This document shows, piece after piece, positions 9,242-19,805 of a stretch of DNA of 64,000 nt; the first letter of the stretch is position 1; the number at the start of each line of letters is the position of its first letter. Location of the stretch: contig CAZSWP010000005.1 of NCBI GenBank assembly GCA_964610875.1, positions 1 to 64,000 on the forward strand, read 5' to 3'. A model generated the notes under the pieces. That model did no database searches. It saw nothing but the letters and a program-made list of their open reading frames with translations, and was not told where the DNA came from. The translations under genes and the position numbers were made by a program. This stretch comes from an uncultured archaeon (lineage in GTDB: Archaea > Asgardarchaeota > Thorarchaeia > Thorarchaeales > Thorarchaeaceae).

Positions 9242-11140
9242 TTACATAGTCTGGTCTATACGAGCCCAATCAAGAGACAATCTCTTTATCGTTTCATCAG
9301 TGGGTAAACCAGTTTCCTTGTCCCATCCTCGCAATCGGTAGTAATCGTCGAGCATTGGATCCAAGTCAACAACTTGTCCCTTCCCTGGACCATCAGGCAT
9401 TGGTTCATGGGTGAATCTTCTTGGTAGTGTGTCATCTTTTCTAGTAATCCCCTCTCTTGCATTGAAAAGCCGCTTCAAATTCAACTGTCGTTCAGCAATT
9501 TTGATGAGATTTTCAACACTTCCAAGAGATTCCTCTCCTGTAACAAGAGGTAATACTGCTGCAAAATCATCCATCCAGAATATTGGAGGCCATGAAACAG
9601 AATACCAGCAAACGATGAGGGTATCTCTTATGCAATATGCATTTTCTGTTTCAAATACTGCATTTGCTTTGTACTTCTCTGTATATGGATCAAGGATCTC
9701 TGGTAGTTTGTCTGCACCCCATCTCTCACGTGCTACATCTTCATAGCCAAGTTGATCCACAACTACCAAACTTCTTAGATGATCAGCACCACGGGCACCA
9801 GTTGCATGGGAAAGCCCAATGCTTCTATGAGTTCGGCCGTCCTGTCCAGATACCTCCATTCCTTTCACATGTATAGCGTATTTCTCAGACTCCTCATTCA
9901 ATTCCCGAGCAGCACGAAGACTACCTTTAGCTAATACATCTCCAATAGACTCTCTCTTTGCAATCATTTCAAGCAGTTGAATGATCAGTTTAGAATTACC
10001 CCATTCTAATTCCAATCCTTCAGTTTGGTCCTTAGTAATCAATCCGTTTTCAAACGATTCAATGGCATATCCTATTGTTGCACCAGCAGATATGATATCC
10101 ATTCCATAATGATTACATATCTCATTCGCTTTCAAGGTTGTAGGATAATCATCAACACCTAAAGAACTACCAAATGCCATCAGACCTTCGTACTCAGGTC
10201 CTTCCTGTAGAGTGCCAGAGAATTCCCCTGAGGATACATAGTTCATTTTCTTGCATCCGAGGCTACATCCAAAGCAGGCTCTATCTGATATTGTAAATCG
10301 AGGACGAATGTATTCTCCTGTGAGTTTTTCATACCCATTAAAAACACCAGTTCGATGGTTATATGTCGGTAATTCACCAATCTCTTGCTTTACTGCTGTG
10401 AGAATCCAAGTCCCCCATTTTGACATTTCTTGAGCTTGGGGATTTCTTCTCACTCTTTGGTGAGCTTTCTTAGCCAGTTCTGTAAAGGCTTCATGATTTG
10501 CAACGCGCACACCACCATGACCACGTATGGCAATTGCTTTCACATTCTTAGAGCCAAGCACAGCACCCATCCCAGTCCGTCCTGCAGCTCTTGCGTGGTT
10601 CACTATGACTGAAGCATAACGGACCAAATTCTCGCCTGCAGGCCCAATAGCACCTACTTGGATTTCCGAATCATGATGCCGCTTTTGAATAGCTCTCGTC
10701 ACTTTGTTTGTTTTCATACCCCATAAATCAGAGGCATCAATAAGTTGCAGGTCTGAATCATTTACAAATACATACACAGGTTTCTCAGACTTGCCTTCTA
10801 GGACCAACATATCATACCCTGCGTACTTCAACTCTGCTCCAAGAAAACCTCCCACATGACTCTCCCCCCAAATTCCAGTCAATGGTGCTTTCGCAACAAA
10901 TACCGTTCTTCCACTCATGGGCCATAGAGTACCAGTAATAGGTCCCGTGCCAACAAGCAATTTATTATCTTCAGATAAGGGGTCAATTTTGGCTGCTAAT
11001 TCCTCAAACATAAGACGAACTGCAAACCCATCTCCCCCAATATAATCACGAATCCATTCAGCAGGTATTGGTTCTGTCTTGAAAGCACCTGAGGACAGAT
11101 TGACACGAAGAATCTTTCCGGCATATCCGTTCTTAGACAT
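9242..11140 (-). CDS. aor: Tungsten aldehyde:ferredoxin oxidoreductase family
   Basis: GYAGKILRVNLS, AAGRTGMGAVLGSKNVKAI, CFGCSLGC, GPEYE, DDTLPRRF, YYRLRGWD. Confidence 0.93.
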   Translation of the reverse strand: MSKNGYAGKILRVNLSSGAFKTEPIPAEWIRDYIGGDGFAVRLMFEELAAKIDPLSEDNKLLVGTGPITGTLWPMSGRTVFVAKAPLTGIWGESHVGGFLGAELKYAGYDMLVLEGKSEKPVYVFVNDSDLQLIDASDLWGMKTNKVTRAIQKRHHDSEIQVGAIGPAGENLVRYASVIVNHARAAGRTGMGAVLGSKNVKAIAIRGHGGVRVANHEAFTELAKKAHQRVRRNPQAQEMSKWGTWILTAVKQEIGELPTYNHRTGVFNGYEKLTGEYIRPRFTISDRACFGCSLGCKKMNYVSSGEFSGTLQEGPEYEGLMAFGSSLGVDDYPTTLKANEICNHYGMDIISAGATIGYAIESFENGLITKDQTEGLELEWGNSKLIIQLLEMIAKRESIGDVLAKGSLRAARELNEESEKYAIHVKGMEVSGQDGRTHRSIGLSHATGARGADHLRSLVVVDQLGYEDVARERWGADKLPEILDPYTEKYKANAVFETENAYCIRDTLIVCWYSVSWPPIFWMDDFAAVLPLVTGEESLGSVENLIKIAERQLNLKRLFNAREGITRKDDTLPRRFTHEPMPDGPGKGQVVDLDPMLDDYYRLRGWDKETGLPTDETIKRLSLDWARIDQTM

Positions 11141-11141
11141 A

Positions 11142-11648
11142 CTATACATCCCCACGTGTTTTTTGCGTTTCAGCTGTTCTTTCGATTTCACGAAGGTATG
11201 AGATAATTTTCCCATGACGATCTACAGTGGTTGTCTTTGATGCAGGACCATATTGAATTGCACCAGTGGGGCATACTTTAGCACATTCAGGGTCCCCACC
11301 ACAGTGATCACATTTGATGATTCTCATTTTCTCAGTATCAAGTAGGATCACTCCATTAACGCAAACTCCCACGCAGGATTTACACAAGATACATTTGTCA
11401 TGGTCAACATAGGTCATCTTAGTAACAGGGTCTCTTCGCATAGCAAAAACAGGACAGATATCAACACATGGTGCTTCTTCACAAGGACCACAGACATTAG
11501 GAATATCTAAGCCCAAATCATCATACTTTACAATTTTCAAACGGGCCAAACCCGGACGAAATACACCTTCATGCTTTGCAGAACAAGCTAGTTCACAGAT
11601 TCTGCATCCTGTACATTTGGTATAATCAACTATCAGATGATTGGGCAT
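11142..11648 (-). CDS. 4Fe-4S dicluster electron-transfer subunit of AOR (DmsB/HydN-like)
   Basis: Four Cys clusters CTGCRICELAC, CGPCEEAPCVDICP, CILCKSCVGVC, CDHCGGDPECAKVCP. Confidence 0.92.
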   Translation of the reverse strand: MPNHLIVDYTKCTGCRICELACSAKHEGVFRPGLARLKIVKYDDLGLDIPNVCGPCEEAPCVDICPVFAMRRDPVTKMTYVDHDKCILCKSCVGVCVNGVILLDTEKMRIIKCDHCGGDPECAKVCPTGAIQYGPASKTTTVDRHGKIISYLREIERTAETQKTRGDV

Positions 11649-11765
11649 TCTTATCACCCTCTGGATGTATTCCAAACCCCAAACTAGACTAAAAGCTTTG
11701 GGAAAGTAACTTTATTGGTGAATCACTTATTAGGCAATGGTGATTTCGCATGCATGGGTATTCCA

Positions 11766-12191
11766 ATGAGCAAAGAGGAATCAGTCAAGGAAGATAAGAA
11801 AAGGGTAGAGAAATCAGATTATGCAGAAGTTGAATTTGAGATTGGAGATATTGAGTTTGAAGCTGCAGGGAGAAGCGTTGTTGTTGAGAGAATGTTTCGT
11901 CTCCTACTTGATAAAATAGAAGCAGGAAGCCTCGTAGCAACACTCACACTTCCTGAAGAAGAGAATGGGGAGGAAGAAACCGAGGAGGATGTACTCTATG
12001 AGGAGGAAATCGAAATTGAGGAATCAGAGGGTACAGAACTCTCTTCTGAAGAAGAGGCAGAAACTAAAGAAAGCGCTTCAGACGAAGACATACCATCCGA
12101 GGCGTATCTGGACCCGCCGCCGAAGTGGGACTCCCTAGATACCAGTACACCTCCTGAAACTGAACCGGAAAGAGAAGTGAGAGATATCTAA
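11766..12191 (+). CDS. Hypothetical protein with long acidic disordered C-terminus
   Basis: Small folded N-domain then E/D/P-rich tail. Confidence 0.65.
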   Translation: MSKEESVKEDKKRVEKSDYAEVEFEIGDIEFEAAGRSVVVERMFRLLLDKIEAGSLVATLTLPEEENGEEETEEDVLYEEEIEIEESEGTELSSEEEAETKESASDEDIPSEAYLDPPPKWDSLDTSTPPETEPEREVRDI

Positions 12192-12199
12192 CAGAATTA

Positions 12200-13279
12200 T
12201 CATATCTCGATTTTGTGGACCCATCCAAATGGATCCTCACGTTCTCCACATTGTATGCCTGTCAGTTCATCATAGAGCTTTTGAGTAAGCGGCCCAATTT
12301 CACCATCTGATACTACATGTGCTTTTTCTTTGAAGAATAGTTCACCTACTGGAGCAATGATGGCTGCAGTACCACACCCAAATACTTCTTTCACCTTTCC
12401 AGATTTCAAGCCTTCTAGAACTTCATTAACAGATATTTTCCTTTCTACTACGTTATTACCCCAATCACGCAAAATTGTAATGACAGATTCCCGGGTAATT
12501 CCTGGTAGAATGGTTCCACTCAATGCAGGAGTAGCAATTTCATCTTCAAAGACAACCATTATGTTCATTGTACCTACTTCTTCAAGATACTTGTTCTCTT
12601 TTGCATCCAACCAGAGAACTTGTGAATATCCCTTTGTTTTTGCTTTTGTACCAGCCATTAGACTTGCTGCATAATTACCCATCGTCTTCGCGGCACCAAC
12701 ACCACCCTCTGCTGCACGGATATATTGATCGGATATCCAAATTTTCACAGGAGAAAATCCTTCTTTGAAATATGGTCCAACTGGTGAAAGGATAATATAG
12801 AAGAGATATTCATCAGAGGGCTTGACACCTAATTTGGGTTCAATAGCAATCATGGTTGGACGAATGTAAAGAGATGTACCTTTCTGTGTGGGAATCCAGT
12901 CTTTCTCTATACGAATCAGCTCGTTGAGATATTTTAATGCCAAAACTTCGTCAAACTCAGCCATTACCATTCGTCGAGCGGAGCGATTCATACGAGACAT
13001 GTTTTTCTCAGGACGGAATAGATACACGCTATCATTTCGTCTGTAAGCCTTCATTCCTTCAAATATGCCTTGACCGTAATGAAGAACAAGAGCGGCAGGG
13101 TCCAATTCCAATGCTTTGTATGGGGATATGGTCGGGGAATGCCATTCGTTCTCACTGTATTTCATTATGAACATATGGTCGGTGAATATAGTTCCGAAAG
13201 GAAGATTAAGAGCATTCTCAGGCTTTGGTTTTTTCATCTCTTCAGAGCATAAGTCAATGTTGAGATTCATTTGAACCAC
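12200..13279 (-). CDS. ilvE: Branched-chain amino acid aminotransferase
   Basis: LHYGQGIFEGMKA, LYIRP, AKTMGNYA, EEVGTMN, ILPGITR, GTAA. Confidence 0.95.
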   Translation of the reverse strand: MVQMNLNIDLCSEEMKKPKPENALNLPFGTIFTDHMFIMKYSENEWHSPTISPYKALELDPAALVLHYGQGIFEGMKAYRRNDSVYLFRPEKNMSRMNRSARRMVMAEFDEVLALKYLNELIRIEKDWIPTQKGTSLYIRPTMIAIEPKLGVKPSDEYLFYIILSPVGPYFKEGFSPVKIWISDQYIRAAEGGVGAAKTMGNYAASLMAGTKAKTKGYSQVLWLDAKENKYLEEVGTMNIMVVFEDEIATPALSGTILPGITRESVITILRDWGNNVVERKISVNEVLEGLKSGKVKEVFGCGTAAIIAPVGELFFKEKAHVVSDGEIGPLTQKLYDELTGIQCGEREDPFGWVHKIEI

Positions 13280-13377
13280 GATGAAATCATAGAGTTTTCG
13301 CCCCTTTAAGGAGTTGGATATTGAAGAAACGCTTAAGTCAAATCATAATCCATTCTATTCAATGGGAGGAATCCATT

Positions 13378-13980
13378 ATGAGTCATGGTGAAGGCACTCC
13401 TGAAGATTATCTCTACATAGATCCAAAAGAAATACTATCTCAATACTCGGTAGAATGGGTAGCTTTGAGAAAATCATTCAGCGAGATAAAACAGCAACTT
13501 GCCGCGGTTCAACAAGAACTCAATGATCTGGATGAACAACTAGAAAATGGTGATATCACACAAAAGGAGCATATGGACTTATATCATGAGAAATGGTTAC
13601 AATCAACCCAGATTGTTCAAGTCAAACGAGAGGTCGAATCACGTCTCTACGAGATTCAAAGAGAGATACGAGAAGCAAACAAAGCTTTGAAGGAACAAAA
13701 GATAGAAGCAGAAAAGAGAGCACGTGTCGAACAAGAAAAAGCAAATGCGATGATAGAATGGATGTCACTTAAACAAGGATTTGAACTAGTAAAGGGTCGA
13801 CGTCGCGAAATAAATTCAGAGATGGACAAATTGGAAAGACAACGACGGTCGGGAGACATCTCTGATGTAGAGTATAGAAAAGCACATCTCGCTCAGATTA
13901 GCAAGCTAGCTGAATTAAGCATTGTAGAAAGTGATGTTAGAGGACGTTTGGGAGAGCTTCTTGAAATCATTAAGAAGTAG
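13378..13980 (+). CDS. Coiled-coil protein made of two tandem ~80-aa repeats (CdvA-like coiled coil?)
   Basis: Repeats EW..L...F...L.....GDI...E(H/Y)...V..RL.E. Confidence 0.7.
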   Translation: MSHGEGTPEDYLYIDPKEILSQYSVEWVALRKSFSEIKQQLAAVQQELNDLDEQLENGDITQKEHMDLYHEKWLQSTQIVQVKREVESRLYEIQREIREANKALKEQKIEAEKRARVEQEKANAMIEWMSLKQGFELVKGRRREINSEMDKLERQRRSGDISDVEYRKAHLAQISKLAELSIVESDVRGRLGELLEIIKK

Positions 13981-13994
13981 CACATTTCAGAGAA

Positions 13995-14030
13995 TGAAAA
14001 GGAAAAGAGGAACCCCGACTCTGGGGCTCC
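13995..14030 (-). terminator. Hairpin + U-tract terminator after gdhA
   Basis: Minus strand gagcccc-agagtc-ggggttc followed by ctcttttccttttc. Confidence 0.55.
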
Positions 14031-14046
14031 TACGTTGTTTCTCAAT

Positions 14047-15396
14047 CTATGCGAAATAGCCTTGATCAACCATAGCGTTAGCAACCTTGAGGAAACCAGC
14101 GATGTTAGCACCAAGTACATAGTTTTCCTTTTCACCAAACATCTTTGCGGTATCATGAACTGTTTGATGAATGTTGACCATAATCTGATGTAGCTTCTTA
14201 TCAACTTCCTCACGTGTCCAGAAGTAACGCATGCTATTCTGAGCCATTTCTAGCCCAGATACGGATACACCACCAGCATTGGCAGCTTTTCCAGGACCAT
14301 AGAGGATTTTGTTCTTAAGGAAGATTTCAACACCCTCAGGAACTGTAGGCATATTTGCTCCCTCACCTACTACGAGGACACCATTATCAACAAGAGCTTG
14401 TGCTTCCTTTGCATCAACCTCATTTTGTGTTGCACTCGGTAGTGCAATATCGCACTTGAGCTGCCATGGGCTACCATTTGAATCGAAGGTAACGCCTTTG
14501 AACGCCTCTGCATATTCCTTTATGCGACCCCTACGAACATTTTTGAGTTCCATAATCCAAGCAAGTTTCTCAGCATCAATACCTTCAGGGTCGTGGACCC
14601 AGCCTTTAGAATCGCTCATTGCGAGTACTTTAGCTCCTAGGTCAATACACTTCTCTGCAGCATATTGAGCAACATTTCCTGACCCGGATATACAGACTGT
14701 CTTACTCTTCATATCTTCATTCCGGGTTTTCAGCATCTCTTGTACGAAATAGACAGTGCCATATCCAGTAGCTTCAGGTCGTATTAGAGAACCACCCCAA
14801 CGGGCACCCTTACCAGTCAGGACACAGGTCCCGTGCCTATTTGTTATCTTCCTATAGGCACCATAGAGATAGCCGATCTCACGACCACCTACTCCAATAT
14901 CACCAGCAGGAACATCGGTAAACTGTCCGATGTGTCGATATAATTCAGTCATGAAACTGAAACAGAAGTTACGAACCTCTGCATCAGTCTTGCCTTTTGG
15001 ATCAAAATCTGAACCACCTTTTCCACCACCCATTGGTAGACCAGTAAGACTGTTTTTGAAAATCTGCTCAAATCCGAGGAATTTCAAAACACCTTCAGTA
15101 ACGGTTGGATGGAAACGGAGACCGCCTTTATAGGGTCCAATTGCTGAGTTGAATTGAACTCTAAAACCCCTACTTACATGAATCCTATCATCCTTGTCAA
15201 CCCAGGGTACACGGAACTTAATCAATCTCTCAGGAACAACAATCCTTTCGAGTATTGATTTATCCTTAAATACCGGGAATTTCTTAATAGCTGGTTCAAG
15301 AGTTTCTAAAACCTCGAGAACAGCTTGATGAAAGACCTTCTGGTCGGGGTCCTTCTCTATAACACTTTGGTAAACACTTTCGATATATTCATCCAA
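14047..15396 (-). CDS. gdhA: NADP-specific glutamate dehydrogenase
   Basis: GPYKGGLRFHP, MGGGKGGSDFDPK, DVPAGDIGVG, SGSGNVA, EGANMP; TTG start after GAGGT SD. Confidence 0.95.
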   Translation of the reverse strand: MDEYIESVYQSVIEKDPDQKVFHQAVLEVLETLEPAIKKFPVFKDKSILERIVVPERLIKFRVPWVDKDDRIHVSRGFRVQFNSAIGPYKGGLRFHPTVTEGVLKFLGFEQIFKNSLTGLPMGGGKGGSDFDPKGKTDAEVRNFCFSFMTELYRHIGQFTDVPAGDIGVGGREIGYLYGAYRKITNRHGTCVLTGKGARWGGSLIRPEATGYGTVYFVQEMLKTRNEDMKSKTVCISGSGNVAQYAAEKCIDLGAKVLAMSDSKGWVHDPEGIDAEKLAWIMELKNVRRGRIKEYAEAFKGVTFDSNGSPWQLKCDIALPSATQNEVDAKEAQALVDNGVLVVGEGANMPTVPEGVEIFLKNKILYGPGKAANAGGVSVSGLEMAQNSMRYFWTREEVDKKLHQIMVNIHQTVHDTAKMFGEKENYVLGANIAGFLKVANAMVDQGYFA

Positions 15397-15604
15397 TGGA
15401 AAGACCTCACTATGAATGAGTGATTGACAAGCTGGCACCGATAAGGGCTTACGTATAAATACATCGGAAGAGGTTACTTGCCAAGATAATGTACTTTTTT
15501 ACCGTAATATTACAGGAAGTTAGTGACAGACAGATTATCAAGGATTAATGTAACATAATTGATCAGATAATCAACTAGAGTTTACATAACGAGGGCAACC
15601 AAAT

Positions 15605-16252
15605 ATGCCTACCTTTGAGCAAGAGTGGATATCTCCAATCCTAGAAGTGTACAAAAAAGAAAAAATTACTGATGTTTACACAGTTATCTTGGGGCTAAAT
15701 CCTCTAGGACAAGCCCTGTGTAGATACATGTATGAAAGGAATATGTATGAAACAGTATTGATTTTCAATGCACCAGCATTCAACATATGGAATAGATATC
15801 CATCTGATGTCAAACCGCCGGTTATTCCAGTACAAGGGATGATATCTGAAGACATCATGCTGATTTTTGGTGATGTGTTCATCAAAGAATACGAATGGGT
15901 AACAGACATGCTCTTCTATCTTCGAGGACATGTTCCTACAAGATTTCTGATTGCTTTAATGGGCCACGATGGACCAACTGTAGGACAAGTCATCTCAAAG
16001 AAGGGTGAGAGATTACTGAAGAGAATGGCGGTTCCAATAGGAAGGGGTGATTTCTACGATGGATTAACTGCTCCACTAATGAGTATAGGCGGTACTGCTG
16101 GTTTTGATCCAGTAGTTATTTTTCAAGAAACAACACCAGAAGGAGAGATACTTACACAGGTGGATGATATAACTATAACACGTGAGAATATTGAGGAAGC
16201 AATAGAGATGCTACGTAAAGGCTTGGACTTTCATCTTGCATCAAGCTACTAG
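15605..16252 (+). CDS. Divergent PAC2/proteasome assembly chaperone-like protein
   Basis: ILGLNPLGQALCRY, LIFGD, DGLTAPLM...G..PVVIFQET pattern resembles the PAC2 fold. Confidence 0.5.
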   Translation: MPTFEQEWISPILEVYKKEKITDVYTVILGLNPLGQALCRYMYERNMYETVLIFNAPAFNIWNRYPSDVKPPVIPVQGMISEDIMLIFGDVFIKEYEWVTDMLFYLRGHVPTRFLIALMGHDGPTVGQVISKKGERLLKRMAVPIGRGDFYDGLTAPLMSIGGTAGFDPVVIFQETTPEGEILTQVDDITITRENIEEAIEMLRKGLDFHLASSY

Positions 16253-16965
16253 TCTATAGTTTCGCCACGAATTGTCTTGCCATACCCAGTTCTATCCCTT
16301 TCACGGTATGTCCCACTAGGTGTTGCTTTAGGAACTCGACTATCACAAGTTTCACACATTAAAGACCTTGCTTTCTTTGCTTCAATAATGTGACCACATG
16401 AAATACATGTCCACATTCCGGATTGGAGTAATTTGATTTTTCGAAACACCGCTTTCGCAATACCTTCCAAATCCTTAGGGCATTCAGAAGATATTCCAAC
16501 TACACCGTTCTCTTTCCACTCACACACAACAGAAACCAATGTTGTAGTCAACTCAATCATTCTTGTTGTTATCTCATCAAGATTAGGAGGTGTATCAGTT
16601 TTCTTCTTCTTGGGAACATCAGGAATTGCAGAGAGAATTTCCATGAATATGAGAAAAGCAGGTACTGGAAGTCTGTCTTTCCCTTTCGCTTCTACAAGTT
16701 GTGCCATAACTGCAGAAATCATTAGAGTCTGCGAATAATCTGCTAAGAGAAGTGATTTGACTTCATTGTATATTTTCAAAGGCTTGATTTTGTATTTCTT
16801 TGGATCCAATCCATTTTCATTAGCAATGAGATCTATTGTCTTTTGTAATCCCTTACCCTCACTCATCATTCTGTTGACTCTGCGCGCAATTCGAAAATAG
16901 TCAGCTCCAGAGTCACGAGCAATCTTCTGCAATACCTCTCTGGCAGTTTGGTTCAAGTGAAACAC
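16249..16965 (-). CDS. Hypothetical protein with C-terminal Zn ribbon
   Basis: CISC...CETC near C-terminus. Confidence 0.7.
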   Translation of the reverse strand: MFHLNQTAREVLQKIARDSGADYFRIARRVNRMMSEGKGLQKTIDLIANENGLDPKKYKIKPLKIYNEVKSLLLADYSQTLMISAVMAQLVEAKGKDRLPVPAFLIFMEILSAIPDVPKKKKTDTPPNLDEITTRMIELTTTLVSVVCEWKENGVVGISSECPKDLEGIAKAVFRKIKLLQSGMWTCISCGHIIEAKKARSLMCETCDSRVPKATPSGTYRERDRTGYGKTIRGETID

Positions 16966-17070
16966 AGATCCATGGTGGCAAATACTGAATCAGAGGAGAT
17001 GTATTTTAGGTTGTTGGAACAAGAATAGAATTAGGAAAACTGAATTGTTATTACAAAGGAATACAATCCT

Positions 17071-17622
17071 TTGTTCATGATGCTCTCAGATAGGGATATC
17101 AAAAAAGCAATTGATAAGGGAGATATTGTAATAGAACCTCTTGATATTACAAGCATTGGACCTTGTAGTATAGACCTCACACTTGACAGCCTATTTCGAA
17201 TATATAATCCAGGCGCACCGGTAGACCTCAAATCAGATAGACCTCTTGACAGTGACACGAAATTAGTAGACACTAGTGGAAAACCATTCATGATTCTACC
17301 TGGTCAATTTATTCTAGGACAGACACAGGAAAAAATAACACTATCAGAACAATATGCGGGATTGTTGGAAGGAAAATCAAGCATTGCACGATTAGGAATA
17401 ATTGTGCATGCAGCTGGTCTTGTTAATCCAGGAACAGGAACGATAAAACCGGGAAAATTGACTCTTGAAATATTTTGCGAGAATCTTAGCCCAGTGTTAC
17501 TTTATCCAGGAATGCGAATTGTTCAAATGATGTTCATACCATTAACGTCTGCAACAGAAAAAGGGTACGATAGTAGGAAAATTAGTACATACATTGGTCA
17601 AAAGGAACCAGACATCGCTTAA
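17071..17622 (+). CDS. dcd: dCTP deaminase
   Basis: LSDRDI, SIDLTL, EGKSSIARLGI, LTLEI, LYPGMRIVQ. Confidence 0.9.
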   Translation: MFMMLSDRDIKKAIDKGDIVIEPLDITSIGPCSIDLTLDSLFRIYNPGAPVDLKSDRPLDSDTKLVDTSGKPFMILPGQFILGQTQEKITLSEQYAGLLEGKSSIARLGIIVHAAGLVNPGTGTIKPGKLTLEIFCENLSPVLLYPGMRIVQMMFIPLTSATEKGYDSRKISTYIGQKEPDIA

Positions 17623-17660
17623 GGGGAAAATAACTTAAGGACGAGACCTCCGCGCACAAC

Positions 17661-18662
17661 ATGGCGAGTGCATTGAAAAAGTATGATATCGTCATTGCTA
17701 GTGGTGCAGAGCATCTTGGACTCAGATTCAAAGAACACGGATACAATGTTTATCGTTGTGCACCAAATTATGATAATGAAAGAATCTTTCCAAACGGAGA
17801 CATCTATGTAAGAATTCCCCGTATCGAGCGTCTTAGTGATAGAAATGTATTAGTCCTTCAGAGTTGTACTGCATCGGGACCCGATGAGTCAGAACGATTC
17901 TCAACTTCCGATCGACTTGTCGAGTTGCTGCTAATTTTGGATGTCCTTAGGAACCCTGCTGAAATCGAACAAATAGACCACAAAACATACTGTAGTAAGC
18001 CTGTAAAATCTCCCAAGAGAATAGATGTTGTTCTTACATTCCAACCTTTCGGTTTACAGGATAAAGCATTCAAAACAGGAGAAGCTGTTTCAGCTAGGTG
18101 GGCAATGTGTGAAGTCGCTAAACTTGCAGACAAAATTCATGTCGTGAATCCGCATGCACCTGAAAGTCTAGATTGGATGCAAGACCTGATTGATGAAGGC
18201 AAACTATCGATAGTAGATGTAACTGAAGAACTTGTTCTATTTGCTGCTAGGCAGTTCGAATTTGATGACTATATAGTAGTAGCTCCAGATGAAGGGGGAC
18301 AAGAGAGATTCGAATGTGCAGGCTTTGGCAAAAGTCGAGAGAATTCCTTCAAAGTGGAATTATATGGAGATCTTGATGTAATAGATAAGAATGTCATTGT
18401 AATTGATGACTTAACTAAAAGCGGCAGCACACTAATGAAAGCTGCAGATAGATTAAGGAAACAAGATGCTAAGGAAGTTGGCCTTGCAGTAGTGCATGTT
18501 CTCCCTTTGATTGATAGGGGAGAAGAATTACTAGAGAATCTGGTTGAAAAGAGCGACGGAAATGTAGTCGTGACAAATACAATTAGAACACATGAATTTT
18601 GTGTAAAGAATCCCGAACTTACTATGAATATCGTAGATATTCTGGTGAAACTAATCAAGTAG
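17661..18662 (+). CDS. Ribose-phosphate pyrophosphokinase-like (divergent)
   Basis: FPNGDIYVRI, QDKAFKTGEAVS, VAPDEGG, VIDDLTKSGSTL, TNTI. Confidence 0.8.
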   Translation: MASALKKYDIVIASGAEHLGLRFKEHGYNVYRCAPNYDNERIFPNGDIYVRIPRIERLSDRNVLVLQSCTASGPDESERFSTSDRLVELLLILDVLRNPAEIEQIDHKTYCSKPVKSPKRIDVVLTFQPFGLQDKAFKTGEAVSARWAMCEVAKLADKIHVVNPHAPESLDWMQDLIDEGKLSIVDVTEELVLFAARQFEFDDYIVVAPDEGGQERFECAGFGKSRENSFKVELYGDLDVIDKNVIVIDDLTKSGSTLMKAADRLRKQDAKEVGLAVVHVLPLIDRGEELLENLVEKSDGNVVVTNTIRTHEFCVKNPELTMNIVDILVKLIK

Positions 18663-18693
18663 TTATGTATGAATCAAGTACTGCACAAAGGAA

Positions 18694-18939
18694 TCAGTCC
18701 ATATACTGTTCAGCTTTTGATTTTGCCACCCATGATTTAGATGTATAACGCTCAACAAGGTTTCTTTTTTCAAGTGAATTAAGCGCTTGAATCACCTGAT
18801 TCTGATCACATTCGATATCCCTTTTTTGTAGTATTCTGGTGATTGCAGCAGGTCTCTGGCTATTGCTCTCATCAAGTATAGTAGAAAGTATAGCTTTTTC
18901 AAGTTCGGTGATTCCTTCAGCTTTACTCAATTGTATCAC
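18694..18939 (-). CDS. Small winged-helix protein
   Basis: ELEKAIL...VIQALNSLEKRNLVER wHTH pattern. Confidence 0.65.
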   Translation of the reverse strand: MIQLSKAEGITELEKAILSTILDESNSQRPAAITRILQKRDIECDQNQVIQALNSLEKRNLVERYTSKSWVAKSKAEQYMD

Positions 18940-19046
18940 TCAGAGCCAAACCCAGTCTGATTCTTTTAAGCGTATCTCTGTGAACTTATTCGGACCACGA
19001 AATCCTTTTTACATTGGCAATTGCCTCGACTTGAGAGTTCCAAAGA

Positions 19047-19802
19047 ATGATCGAAAACAAAGAATATCATATTGGAATTGCACCTAGTGAGATTCCTCCA
19101 TTAGTCCTTTTACCAGGAGACCCAGGCAGAGCAAAATCAATTGCAGAAAATTTCTTTGACAACCCAGAAGAAATTGCTAAGAACAGAGAGTATTGGAGCT
19201 ATAAAGGAACATACAAAGACCGACCGGTTGCAGTATGTTCTACGGGTATTGGTTGTCCGTCAGCAGCTATAGCTCTTGAAGAACTAATTCGCGTAGGATG
19301 TACTACTTTCGTTAGAGTTGGGACATCAGGAGCAATTGACTCTACCCTAAGAGTAGGAGATTTGGTAATTCTAACAGGTGCATACAGAGACGATGGAACC
19401 TCAAGACAGTACGTACCAATTGAATTTCCAGCCATATCCGATCCAAATCTTCTCCTAGCTATGAGAAAGGCGGCTATTGAACGAGATGTGAATTACCGAG
19501 TTGGTATAGGTCACAGTAAAGATGCATTCTATAGTGAATTTCCAGATATGGTCGCAGACACAGAGTCCACGGAAAAAAAGTGGGACCTCATGCGCAAAAT
19601 TGGTGTACTGGCGACGGAAATGGAAGCTGCTGCACTTTTTGTGATTGGTCAGTTAAGAAGAGTGAAGGTAGGAGTGATTTGTACAATAGTGGGAGAACCT
19701 ATTGAGAAAGAGGAAAAGATAGTTGGCAAACCAAAAATCAATAATATGATTTTGACTGCATTAGATGCAATGGTAATGGTAAGCGAAGGCCAAAATATCT
19801 AA
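19047..19802 (+). CDS. udp: Uridine/nucleoside phosphorylase (PNP-UDP family)
   Basis: LPGDPGRA, STGIGCPS, RVGTSG, RDDGTS, EMEAA. Confidence 0.9.
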   Translation: MIENKEYHIGIAPSEIPPLVLLPGDPGRAKSIAENFFDNPEEIAKNREYWSYKGTYKDRPVAVCSTGIGCPSAAIALEELIRVGCTTFVRVGTSGAIDSTLRVGDLVILTGAYRDDGTSRQYVPIEFPAISDPNLLLAMRKAAIERDVNYRVGIGHSKDAFYSEFPDMVADTESTEKKWDLMRKIGVLATEMEAAALFVIGQLRRVKVGVICTIVGEPIEKEEKIVGKPKINNMILTALDAMVMVSEGQNI

Positions 19803-19805
19803 CTT

